NCBI GenBank assembly: GCA_043228905.1
Contig: JBHGNT010000168.1
Location: forward strand, 1 to 62,033
Reading direction: 5' to 3'
From: Azolla caroliniana
Taxonomy: Eukaryota; Plantae; Polypodiophyta
Length of the DNA stretch: 62,033 nucleotides
The first letter of the stretch is position 1, and each line of letters opens with the position of its first letter. The position numbers and the translations under genes were made by a program. Shown one piece after another: positions 24,830 to 36,286 of this stretch. The notes under the pieces were generated by a model, which searched no databases, had not been told where the DNA came from, and saw only the letters and a program-made list of their open reading frames with translations.

Positions 24830-26250
24830 TTTCTAATATCAAAATCTTCAATGGTTTCACATTCTTCAGGATCTACCATAACAATAAAAGGCACCACAGT
24901 GGCATGAGGATTAATTTACATTTTTTTCTTGAGATTTTGAACATGCATGCGGTGAGGCTCTCTGATCTCAAGTGGTCTTCGACCTGTTTTTTCATCAATA
25001 GGGGGCCGATGGATGTGTGTTATAGGCAAATTAAATACTTGCCCTTTCCTGACCAGCTTCCGTTGCATTAACTCTCTCCTTATTTTATTCTGCTCGGATG
25101 ACAAAACACCCGAGGCCAGCTCGGCTCCTGGCGTCCCCTTATTATCCTCCTCTTCATTTTCACTTGTTGAATCCGTATCCGACATTTTCGTTGTCTTCTT
25201 CTTTGTTGGTCTTGTCTGGACTTTGGATACCTTTTTTGTGGCCTTCAATGGGGAGGGCACTTCATCTCTTAGAGTTACATGGCCTTGTATATAAGGCCTC
25301 AAGGTAACAATAAGGTTTTGTGAGTTATCAAGTGCTTTTTTGAACACTTCTGGCCCATAAGATTCCTTTACTAAAAGGTCTTCTGAAAGGAACACTTTAC
25401 GTACCCCCTTGGAGCACTCTATCATTACCAGTATGTTGGCCGAATCTGCATCTTCGTAGTCAAATCGTAGAATACGGCCATACATAAATGGGGTTTCCTT
25501 TCCAAGCTGCCCCTCACCCTTCTTCTTTGTTGTATACAATACGACTTTTTTCTTTGAGTCGACATATTGCATACACCATTCCTTGTCCGTTAGATCTCGG
25601 TCAGGAAGGTCTTCGCCTCCAGTAGCGGCGACAAGTTTCTTTTGGCTAACATCACTATGTGGCTGAGATTTTGTCTCTTCGTTAAAGAGAAGCTTTTTTC
25701 CTCTCTTCATGGTCTCAGGAGCTAACTTGGTCTGGGCTTCGATTGGAGAACCTTGTATGCGAAGCTTTATTTTCTTCACGGGTCTGTCCGACAGGTTCTC
25801 AAACGACCTATTTAAGAAAGTATATGCAAAAACATAAGTTAGGTAGTCACGTAGATTGAGGTTGTATATTATAATGAAGAACAGTTCCCAGGAGCAGTAA
25901 CATATTCAAAAATCTATTATAGGCAGGGCTATTCAACCTAGAAAATATATATCGTAATAAGTAAAACGGGTTATATATTCTTTTAAATAGTAGGTATGAC
26001 TTATATAGATTCCAAACCTATATTGAGGAGAATTTGCTATCATAAAGGCAATTTGTGGATCATTTTCTACTATTTTAAGCTAAAGTAGGTCATAAAACAC
26101 CTATAATTAGAGCATGTTTTTCTTTAAAAGTAAGGAAAGTCAACATAAAAAAGACTGATTTTGCCAGACAATTTGATATCATTTCCACCCCATAATTATT
26201 TGTTACCCCCAAAACACGATTTTTCTCTCTCAAAGCCTTCTTATATACAG

Positions 26251-26801
26251 GGACTCGATACGGCGTATCGAGTTCCTGTTTAAAACCTATACTTTAAACA
26301 GGAACTCGATACGGCGTATCGAGTTCGTGTTTAAAACCTACACTATAAACAGGAACTCGATACGGCGTATCGAATTCCTGTTTAAAATTCAAACTTTAAA
26401 CAGGAACTCGATACGGCGTATCGAGTTCCGGTGTATCGAGTTCATGTTTAAAGTGTAGGTTTTAAACATGAACTCGATACGCCGTATCGAGTTCCTGTTT
26501 GAAACCTACACTTTAAACACGAACTCGATACGCCGTATCGAGTTTGTGTTTAAAACCTACACTATAAATAGGAACTCGATACGGCGTATCGAGTTCCGGT
26601 TTTAAATTCAAACTTTAAACACGAACTCGATACGTCGTATCGAGTTCGTGTTTAAAGTGTAGGTTTTAAACATGAACTCGATACGCCGTATCGAGTTCAT
26701 GTTTAAAGTGTAGGTTTTAAACACCAACTCGATACGGCGTATCGAGTTCATGTATAAATATTTGTATTGTATACATGAACTCGATACGGCGTATCGAGTT
26801 C
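26251..26801. repeat. Array of 11 (plus one half) palindromes GAACTCGATACG-N-CGTATCGAGTTC, mostly at 51-bp period
   Basis: Copies start at 26251, 26302, 26353, 26404, 26470, 26521, 26572, 26623, 26674, 26725, 26777. Confidence 0.95.
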
Positions 26802-27029
26802 TTGAGAAACGAAACATATTTACAAAAATGTCCACAGTCTCAGAGGCCTACCTGGAGTCCTCGCGCTCGATTCTCTTTGAAGACATGGTTGATCGTGTGG
26901 AAGTGGAGGCGGAGATCGCGCTTTCGTGCTTTGTGCTCTGTGTGCTTTGTGTGCTTTGTGTGCTCTCTACGTTCTGTGTGCTCTGTACGCTCTGTACGCT
27001 CTGGTGAGTGAAATATGACGAGGTCTTCC

Positions 27030-27037
27030 TATTTATA
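27030..27037 (-). promoter_or_regulatory. Candidate TATA box for the methyltransferase gene
   Basis: TATAAATA on the minus strand ~145 bp upstream of the ATG at 26886. Confidence 0.45.
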
Positions 27038-27691
27038 GGGATTGAACACATTGGTTAAAGTAACCATAGTCACCTTAACCAAGGTTGGTAACTTTGAGGA
27101 TAGTTAGTTGGTAACCATAGTCACATTAACTAGAGTAACTTATGATTGTATTAATGATTACAAAGTCAAACTAACATATTGATCAATCTTTTATAGTCAT
27201 AACAACCTTCAATGACTTCAATGATAGAGGTTCATGAATGTACCAATGATTGATTACTAAAAGCAACAATTTTTATGACTCTCAAATGTTGTGTATTAAA
27301 GATGTGGGCATGAATTAACCAATGATTGATAAGTCTAATATATAAAATGGTGAGCATTAAGGAACCAATGAGTGAGACGTTCTATATCAAAATGGGTGCC
27401 ATTAATTAGCCAATGATTTTAACATTAATCCAACATATTCATGGCTTGTTAATGATTAGTTTTATATTTTACTTGATTTAACTTCATATAGATCTAGTTT
27501 ATATAATAATTGATAATTTAAGTACAATTACTTTATTAAAAATAATTTTTTGATGTATTGTATTAATAGAATATTACATAATATAGACATTCTATTGATT
27601 TGGCTTTTGTTTAGAGAGAAGTTTATGTTTAAAGAGGAGTATATGTTTAGAGAGGAGTATAACTTAGAGAGCCCTATCTAGACCTTAAGCC

Positions 27692-30472
27692 ATGAGTGAA
27701 GATTCACCGTTCTCGATTGAAGAATATTGTTTGTCATCAGACCCATCGTTTTCTACTGAAGAGTATTGTTTGTCATCAGAGTCACCATATTCGATTGAAG
27801 AATATTGTCTGTCGACCGACTCACCATATTCTATCGAAGAATATTGTCTGAGCTCATCTACAGGGAATGTAAATAATGACACATGTGAAGAGTTCTCTAT
27901 TGAAGAATACGATATTAATAAAGATACCGAGAATGAAGGAAGTGCCCAGGAAACATTGAATAACATTGGCGATGGTCACAACAGAGAATTAGACTGTAAC
28001 AAGGTTACACCAACCTCTATGCAGGAAGAGAAATCTGGGAGCCCTATGCATATTAGAAGAATCCCACGAAGAATTCGTCTGGCTAGATTTAGCTTGGTGA
28101 CATCAGATAAACAGATTGGATTTGATGTCAACAAAATATGTTGTGCCCGTGGTTGTATGTCTATGATTGGAAAATCAAAGTTGCGAGAATTAAGGCGATA
28201 CTATTTTTCGATGACCGGTGATGAGCAAGACACTTACCTCGGGTCACATATGCAACTAGTATCTGACAAATGTACGGGGATCAAAGTATCATTCGAGTAT
28301 TATATCTTCCATGCGCAACAGATATGTAGAGTTGCATTCAAAATTGCGTTATGTGTTAGTAACATGCGGCTACATAGAGTACAACAACGTCTACTTAGCG
28401 GGGATCAGATGCTCAATTGTAAAGAGGTTCCAAGTATGAAAGGTGCAATTGGAAGACTAGCTATTGGCTGGATGAAAACTTACTTTCAGTTAAATTGTGA
28501 AGTAATACCCACTACAGGTAGGATGCATCTTTCTGATAATTATACCCGTCGGGAAGTTTATGATGTCTATCAATCTGATATGCTGGGCTCACGTAATAAG
28601 TCTATCACCTATAGCCAATTCACAAGATTATGGAGAGCTCGGTTTTCAAATGTTATTATTCCTCGTAAAGTACGTATGGGGTATTGCTCCATTTGTGCAA
28701 ATCTTAAAAGTTTGGCTAAAGGTGCAAAGACATCAATGGAAAAGGATACGAGTAAGAAGTTACTACAAGAGCATCGTGAGGCACAATCCTTGGAACGAAG
28801 GAAGGCGATGCATCATAGAGAGAAGTGTTTGAAGAGCCCTGAACAATACATGTGCTTAATGATAGATGGCATGGACCAGAAGAAGACGTGCTTGCCGCAT
28901 ATGCGGAGACTCCCCAAAGATGTCAATGATGAGTGCCTTGTTCAAATGCACTTGGTGGGATGCTTGGCTTATAATAGGTCTGTTCGACCTCACGTCTTCA
29001 TTACTTACCCCAATGTTCACAATGACCCTAACCTAACAGTTACAGTGATTCACCGAGTTTTGATGTCTTGGGGACAACCTTTCCCCCCTGTTCTATACAT
29101 TCAATTGGACAATACTGCTAGAGAGAACAAAAATTCAACTGTATTTGGCTATCTAAGTATGTTGGTCAACCGAGAATTGTTTAGGAAAGTGAAAGTCAAT
29201 TTCCTTTTGGTTGGCCACACACATGACCATATAGATAAGATGTTTAGCACATTCTCCAGACAGTTGTCTCGGCATGATGCTTTCACTTTACCTAAACTAT
29301 TTGATGTCATTTGTGATGCTTATACACCACGCCCAAAAGTGTTACACTTGAAGGAGGTATATGACTTTAAGAGATATATATTAGATGGGGGTGGTGGGAA
29401 TGTTAAAGTGCTTGCTCAGTTAAACAATATAAGTTTCAATCACATTTTTTTGATAAAGAAAAATGGAATAAGTGGTTCTACACTTTTGTATGCTAAACAA
29501 TATTCATCTTCTACAACATGGGAACCTGAAGGTGGTTGCCAGTTATTACTTTGTATGCCGAGTACAATTGTCCATGGAGCTAAGCAAATGCCAATTGAGA
29601 AGAAAGGACAGTTGCAGAGCGACTTGGTATCAGAACAAAAATGGTCATGGCTCCAAGCCTTAGAAGAAAAAAGAAAGCATATTGAGGCCGCCAAGAAATA
29701 TGCCGCACAACAAGACACGTCATGGTGGGATGTATTTTATAGTGATCAGAAAGAAATTATAGACAATTGTGTATCTGTTGATAATTGGAATTTGGAAACG
29801 ACATTCACATGGTTGCTGCAACATGATCGCGTAAATAGAAGTCCGGAGCGACTAGTAAATGCGATTAATGATAGCTTGGTCCATCCACAACAAAGAGACA
29901 TTTATGTGGGACCAAGGATGACCAAAGCAGCCGAAGCTAGATGGCAAGGAAATTTGCAAGAGCTCACCGTGGGGATGTTGATTGCAACGCCGGCTGATGA
30001 GAACTCACATGGCCACCGATTTTGGGTTGGTAAAATTCTTGAAGTGCTAATGCATGAAATAGAAAACACGATCAAGTCTATAAATGTTCATTGGTACAAC
30101 ACTAGAAGTGCAAATGCTTTTACAGGTAAGTATACATTGGAGATGATTGAATGCCAAACAAGAAGGGGAGGTAGGAAGAGGAAGCGAAACATTCGTAACA
30201 CCTCGACCCTTGATATCTCTGATGTGGATATCATCGTGTATGACTTCACACTTACAAAAGCCGGACGATTAAGGAAGTCAACAATAGATATAATAAAAGA
30301 AAAATTACCAGGTCTACAAGGTGGCTCGAGTCAAAGGCAAACGAGATCTGCTACATATAATCTAGAGTCAAACCATTTGGTTTATGACGAAGATAATGCA
30401 CTGATTGGTACATCCGAGGATGATGAGGAGGAATCGTCATTGTATATTAGTTATAGTAGTGATTCTCCGTAA
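27692..30472 (+). CDS. Sola-type DDD transposase, 926 aa, intact
   Basis: CSIC..H motif; IDGMDQKKT, QLDNTARENKN, FLLVGHTHDHIDKMFS; lies between TIRs with a 4-bp TSD; basic NLS-like RRGGRKRKR. Confidence 0.88.
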   Translation: MSEDSPFSIEEYCLSSDPSFSTEEYCLSSESPYSIEEYCLSTDSPYSIEEYCLSSSTGNVNNDTCEEFSIEEYDINKDTENEGSAQETLNNIGDGHNRELDCNKVTPTSMQEEKSGSPMHIRRIPRRIRLARFSLVTSDKQIGFDVNKICCARGCMSMIGKSKLRELRRYYFSMTGDEQDTYLGSHMQLVSDKCTGIKVSFEYYIFHAQQICRVAFKIALCVSNMRLHRVQQRLLSGDQMLNCKEVPSMKGAIGRLAIGWMKTYFQLNCEVIPTTGRMHLSDNYTRREVYDVYQSDMLGSRNKSITYSQFTRLWRARFSNVIIPRKVRMGYCSICANLKSLAKGAKTSMEKDTSKKLLQEHREAQSLERRKAMHHREKCLKSPEQYMCLMIDGMDQKKTCLPHMRRLPKDVNDECLVQMHLVGCLAYNRSVRPHVFITYPNVHNDPNLTVTVIHRVLMSWGQPFPPVLYIQLDNTARENKNSTVFGYLSMLVNRELFRKVKVNFLLVGHTHDHIDKMFSTFSRQLSRHDAFTLPKLFDVICDAYTPRPKVLHLKEVYDFKRYILDGGGGNVKVLAQLNNISFNHIFLIKKNGISGSTLLYAKQYSSSTTWEPEGGCQLLLCMPSTIVHGAKQMPIEKKGQLQSDLVSEQKWSWLQALEEKRKHIEAAKKYAAQQDTSWWDVFYSDQKEIIDNCVSVDNWNLETTFTWLLQHDRVNRSPERLVNAINDSLVHPQQRDIYVGPRMTKAAEARWQGNLQELTVGMLIATPADENSHGHRFWVGKILEVLMHEIENTIKSINVHWYNTRSANAFTGKYTLEMIECQTRRGGRKRKRNIRNTSTLDISDVDIIVYDFTLTKAGRLRKSTIDIIKEKLPGLQGGSSQRQTRSATYNLESNHLVYDEDNALIGTSEDDEEESSLYISYSSDSP

Positions 30473-30825
30473 AGGAGTGATCATGAATGTATATTTGGCT
30501 ATTAAGTGTAACTACATTCCGCTTGTAACAAATCGAGTAATATAAAATCATGTGTTTTGAATTCTTATGATTTCTAAAAAATCGTTTCTTATAAAATAAC
30601 ATTGGTTGTAAAGTTTGTGATATAAATTGAGAATGTATGTTTTTGAAATTCGTCTTTTTTTAGTTCTAAATCACGAAAATAGTGGATTTTTAACCTTTTT
30701 CATAGTATGTTTGAACTTGTATGATACTGGTATCAATGTGTTTTGTAAAATCATTGAAAAACCCTTAAAATTTCCCTTATCTTCCATTTATGCGCGATCC
30801 TTCCACTTGTGAACGCGAACGTGTT

Positions 30826-31204
30826 GGATGATCCAGGAGAGGGCGACGACAATGCTCTAGCAAGCCGAACTGAAGCTGGAATTCTGGGCCAAGGCATTGC
30901 AGACGCTCCAGATCCGTATATTCAGATGCAAGGCCTACGTATTCAACCCCAGGGACAAAAGAATGAAGTTGGCACCCCATGCAATGAAGTGTATATTTCT
31001 CGGTTATGGAACCGATGGGGACTTCGGCTACACGCTACAGGACCCTGAGAACCAAAAACTGATCCGGAGCAGCAACGTAGTCTTCAATGAAGACTCTATC
31101 TTCTCTCAACGGAATCAACAGAAAACAGTTGGCAAGAAGGTATCATTCGCAGATGATAGAACTGTCGTAGAAGGACCATCCCATCAGGCTGAATCAGGGA
31201 GTCA
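30826..31204 (+). pseudogene. Copia family C integrase, segment 2
   Basis: MIQERATTML..EFWAKA..IFRCKAYV..KCIFLGYG..IRSSNVVFNE. Confidence 0.88.
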
Positions 31205-31729
31205 GGGTCGAAGCACGCTACGGTGTACCAGAAAAGTATTGTTTTTGGCCACAAAAATTGTCAGTACTTTCAATACTATTAGTACTGAATAATTCAAAAG
31301 AAAAATTAGAGAAAAAGAAAATCGATTTTGGAGAGTGGGGTGATTGTAGTACAAGTGTCATTTACTGTAGAAGGAGTGGGGGGAACACGTGAGGAGATGT
31401 TCTTCCATTTTGGGGGCTATTTTCCCCTCACGTCGATTTTGGCGCTTCCCCTCATACTCCTCTTCCTCTATCCCTCTGAGCTTTTCATCATAGACATCCA
31501 TGTCACGTTTCTGATTTTCCTTCAATCTAAATCTCAGACATCCATGTCTGGTTGGAGAGTTTGAGTTGAGGATTTCTGATTTTTTTAGGGTTTCTGTTTT
31601 TGTTAGGGTTTAGGTTGAGGTACAGAGACTGTTCTGAGGGTTTAGGTAGCAACCAATAGTGACTTCTTCGACAATGACTTTCTTACTTCCACCGATTGCA
31701 GTTGATGTCATGGTGATTTGGGGCTTTTT

Positions 31730-31975
31730 CCACCAAATCGAGGCGGCATTGGAGGTTCCTTCCACCAAATCGAGGCGGCATATCCAACGCTCCCTCCACC
31801 ATTGGAGGTTCCTTCCACCAAATTGAGGCTGCATATCCACGCTCCCTCCACCATTGGAGGTTCCTTCCACCAAATCGAGGCTGCATATCCACGCTCCCTC
31901 CACCATTGGAGGTTCCTTCCACCAAATCGAGGCGGCATATCCAACGCTCCCTCCACCATTGAAGGTTCCTTCCAT
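31730..31975. repeat. ~53-bp minisatellite, about 4.5 copies
   Basis: ccaccaaatcgaggcggcatatccaacgctccctccaccattggaggttcctt. Confidence 0.85.
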
Positions 31976-32206
31976 CCATTTTTTTATTTTCAGTACTAAA
32001 ATGTTTCATTGCTTCATATTTCAGTACTAAATTTTTAGAATTGACATTTGTCATATTTGATATGTAATTCTAATGTTTGAAACAAAATATTTCTCACTTT
32101 GTAGGCCACATTTAAAAACATTTGATTGTGTTTTCTTGGTTGAGTCTATATAACATTAACTACTTTCGCAAGACACTTAATTTTTGTTGATAAATCTAGT
32201 GACCGA

Positions 32207-35200
32207 ATGGGGGTTCCTAACGAGAGTGAGTTGTCAAGTAACTCATGCATATCTGAAAGGACTAAGAGACGAGTGGTTCTTCACATAGTCCGTTATTTGG
32301 TAGAAATAACGAAGAGATTTAGTGAAGAGGATCGTAGGGATATTATCTATAGAGTGTTACACCATCAAAGTTTGAATGAAGACATGGAGAGAATAAAATT
32401 TAGGGACCAATGTGTTTCAGAAGAGATTGTGGAGTCTATGAAGTCATCCCTAGACTTGGTGAAAGGTGTAGGGAGCTTAGACAAACTTGCTGCAAAGAGG
32501 GCAGCCCTACACATGGTTGTGAACGGTGCGAGAGAAAAAAAATATAGTGATACTAAAGTTGCCTTAGCCCTGGGTATTCAAAGAAGGAACTTGAGGAAAC
32601 ATTGCCGAAATATACACTCAAGCAAATTCAAGTGGCTGGGGTTGGGACGTAGACGACGATGTGATGCCTTATCTCAAGAGATTATTGAGAAAGTGGATTC
32701 ATTTTGGGCCAAAAATACACATGTCTCACCAAATAAGAAGGACGTGTGTAGACAACGAATAAGTCAGGGTAAGTACCAGATTCACCCTAGACACTTCTTG
32801 GAGATGATAGAGGTATTCCATTTTTTTATATCAATTCACATTCCATAACTTTGTGTTTTGACCAAGTGTATATTAATGTTTGCTATATATATTGGTTGAT
32901 GTAGGCTGAATTGTACATGAACTTTAAAGACCAACATCCAAGCTTGACTGTTGGATTCCGCAAGTTCCAAGGTTTGAAACCATTTTATGTTAGAAAATTA
33001 AATGAGAGGAATACATGTTGTTGTGTGTACCATGTGAAGATGGACATGTTAAGGCTAGAAGTGAATGCAATGCGTACTGATTCTAAGGGTATACACGGGG
33101 AATTATGTGTCTACACTTGTGAGATTTGTAGACCAAATGGGGAGGATAATAGGTGTAATGCACGAAACATGACTTATGCATCCGTTTCTGAGCTATGGAG
33201 GTCTTGTGTTTGTGAAAAAGAACCATCATGTGAGTGGCATCGTCGTACATGTCTATTAAGAACATGTAAGGTTTGTCCGCTACCATTATTTTGTAGGCAG
33301 GAGCTTGATTTGGGAAATAGTCATATCGTGAAATGGAAATATTTGGAGTATGTGACTGAAAATATTGGCAAGGGAGTTGTGACTAAGCGTATCAAGGAAG
33401 TATATAAGGAGACATGTGCTGCTACCCTTGTCTCAGAATTTAAGAAACAACTTGGGGAGTTCATTCCACATAACTTCCGGAGTTATTGGCAAAATTCATA
33501 GTTCAAGGAATGTATTAATAACTTACCAACGGGTGTCATTGTATTCGTTATTGATTTTGCAGAAAACTTTACATTTAAAGTTCAAAATGAGGTTCAATCA
33601 ATGCATTGGTACAATGATCAATGTACAATACTTGTACATATTTGCTATTGGAGGCAAGACGGTGAGTTACATAAGAAATCAATATTTTACATTTCAGATG
33701 ATAAAAAGCATGATACACTATTTGTTCAACATTGTTTTAAGCTTCACCATGCAGATTTATTTTCTCTAGGGTTAACCTTTAACCATCATTGGGTTTGGTC
33801 TGATGGTGTTGCCTCGCAGTTTAAGGCGGCATGATCGTTCTACTTTATCGCCAGGTAATTTTTAATCCATATGTTTAGTACTTATCATGCAATGTGTAAG
33901 GAAGTAATTCTTGTGTTAGTGGATGCATACTAATTATGTTTGTAACTATTAACAAACAGTACTATTCACATGGATGCATACTAATTATGTTTGTAACTAT
34001 TCGAATCTTGCACTTGTGAATGGATGCATGCATACTAATTTTGTTTGTACTATGTTGTGTGTTGTATCTGTACTAAATCAGTATTTACTGAAGGATGTAA
34101 AGTACTCGTATTGTACTCTATAGTATTGTCCGTCCTTAAGAGAATTGTACTAAGTAACTTTTAATCCATGTGAAGTGTTCTCCATAGACACATTGTACTA
34201 TGTTGTGTTTACAGAAGGATGTAAAGTACTCATCTTGTACTCATAGTATTGTCCGTCCTTAAGAGAATTGTACTAATTATCTTTTTATCCATGTGAAGTG
34301 TTCTCCATAGACACATTGTACTATGTTGTGTGTTGTATCTGTACTATGTTGTGTGTATAGAAGGATGTAAAGTACTCATATTGTACTCATAGTATTGTCC
34401 GTCCTTAAGAGAATTGTACTAAGTATCGATTAATCCATGTGAAGGGTTCTCCATAGACACATTGTACTATGTTGTGTGTTGGTTCTGTACTATGTTGTGT
34501 TTAAAAAAGGATGTAAAGTACTCATCTTGTACTTATAGTATTGTCCGTCCTTAAGAGAATTGTACTAATTATGTTTTAATCCATGTGAAGGGTTCTCCAT
34601 AGACACATTGTACTATGTTGTGTGTTGTATCTATACTATGTTGTGTTTATAGGAGGATGTAAAGTACTCATCTTGTACTCATAGTATTGTCCGTCCTTCA
34701 GAGAATTGTACTAAATCAGTATTTACTCATGTTGTACTCATAGTATTGTACTCATCTTGTACTCATCTTTTAAACACACTATGTGGTACTGATTATCTAT
34801 TAATCAATGTTCAGCGTTCTCCATGAACACACTGTATTGTACTATGTGTTGTATCTATACTAAATCAGTGTTTATTGGGGGATGTAAAGTACATGCCTTG
34901 TAGTACTAATGATCTTCTAAGGAGGGTTGTGTTCTCTGTGGACACATTGTACTGTACTATCCGATATTGAACATTTTGTACTATTTATCTGTTAATACAT
35001 GTAGAGTGCTTTCCATGAACTCATTGTACTATACTTTGTGCTATATCCATATTAAGTTAGTATTAAATGGATGCCAGGTACTGTTGGTTGACAACATAGT
35101 ACTATTTATCTTTTAATAAGTGTAGAGTGTTCTCAATGGATACGTTGTGCTATGCTTTGTTTTGTATTTGTACTAAATCAGTATTAACGGAAGTGTAGTA

Positions 35201-36141
35201 CTCTCAATTGACAACATAGTACTAATTTTGTTGGAAACCTAAGATATCAAAGCAGGTATTTCTCCTTATTCAATATTCGTATGCAATGGAATTATTTCGG
35301 GTCTGGACATGGAAAAGGAGAGCATGATGGCACGGGGGTTGTGATCAAACATGCCCTTACAAGTGAGCAGTTGGATAATAATGGTGCTAAGTTACAAAAT
35401 GCACATGATGTTGTGCAGTGGCTAACATGGAAGATGTCAAATGATAGTAAGAACAGATTGTTTGTTGAAGTTCGCGTTGATGAGGTCGATAGAACTAAAT
35501 CATATGGTTGTAAAACCGTGAAAGGCACACGCAGCACCCATTGTGTGTTAGGGTTTAGCCGCAAGGACACAACACAATTGTTACTCCGTAGTTTATCATG
35601 CTTTTGTTCCATGTGTCTAGATGAAGCTTGGGATAAATGCATCAACCTATCAATCGTGGAGCCCTGGAAGCTGCAGAAGCTTGAACCTGAACGACAAGAT
35701 GATATTGAAGAGGATGTGCATTCAAACGATATTGTATACTACAACCAAAATCAAGACTTGGCAGTTTTATTGGAAGTTGGAGATCATTTTGCAGTGCTGA
35801 AATCTCCTCAGAATGAAGATTTAGAAGACTACTACATTGTGGTGTGCAAGCAAGGGAAGACATTATTGAAAGAAGTGGTGAGGGATGGTTGGGGCAACAA
35901 TTTCAACGTTGGTGAGTCTGTCGTGTATGGAAACTATTATGCAAAGTTGCCGCAGTGCAAGAACACATATGCATTACTAAAAGAAGCACCCATCGCAATA
36001 ATCTACATTGATGCCATTCTTGCAATCAAATTCAATATGACTCAAGCAAAGCACAAGGTTAAGGGATACAACACTGTCTACAAGGTCCCCCAAGAGGTTC
36101 ATGAGCACATATTAGGGGAGGTCTCTCTATTTAATGCTTGA
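32207..36141 (+). pseudogene. Sola2-like transposase, three exons (32207-32812, 32905-33854, 35256-36141), two premature stops
   Basis: CCCVYH and Cys clusters; IDFAENF..QNEVQSMHW, WSDGVASQFK, WNYFGSGHGKGEHDG; GT-AG introns restore the frame (814 codons); stops at 33499 and 33832. Confidence 0.87.
34050..34760. repeat. Intronic tandem repeat (~140-160-bp units)
   Basis: Recurring aaggatgtaaagtactc..tagtattgtccgtccttaagagaattgtactaa..ttctccatagacacattgtactatg. Confidence 0.85.
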
Positions 36142-36286
36142 AAGTCACCCTATCAATACATTGTACCAGAAAACTGAAAAACATCCACTTGGAGTTCACT
36201 ATTAATTTTGATGATTGACAAATGAATTGATATATTTCATCTTTCTTCTAAAGTTTTTATGCCTCTCAACCACTTGTACTTATCTT

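Larger units (their letters stand above)
17159..26886 (-). pseudogene. Six-exon ParB/Srx-like domain + beta-class amino DNA methyltransferase fusion (~974 aa), disrupted
   Basis: Exons 26886-26852, 25807-18747 (split by Copia 19412-24829), 18670-18532, 18448-17982, 17893-17601, 17511-17159; all introns GT-AG and phase-compatible (2925 nt); motifs FVIGGSHSAEA, GDVIDL..ITDIPY, W-IKTN, NPYQKP, ILDLFSGTGTT, VALEKD; stops at 24916-24918 and 18959-18961. Confidence 0.85.
16111..30825. mobile_element. TIR DNA transposon, Sola-type (Sola1-like), ~9.3 kb after removing the nested Copia
   Basis: 35-bp TIRs AACACGTTCGCGTTCACAAGTGGAAGGAT(T/C)GCGCA at 16111-16145 and 30791-30825; 4-bp TSD GGAT (16107-16110, 30826-30829); excision restores the host integrase frame. 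Confidence 0.92.

Noticed and set aside
26251-26801. CRISPR-like appearance of regularly spaced palindromes
   Set aside because: Spacers are near-identical copies or inversions of each other, there are no cas genes, and the context is a eukaryotic intron
31610-32054. Repetitive ORFs on both strands
   Set aside because: Translations of the 53-bp minisatellite
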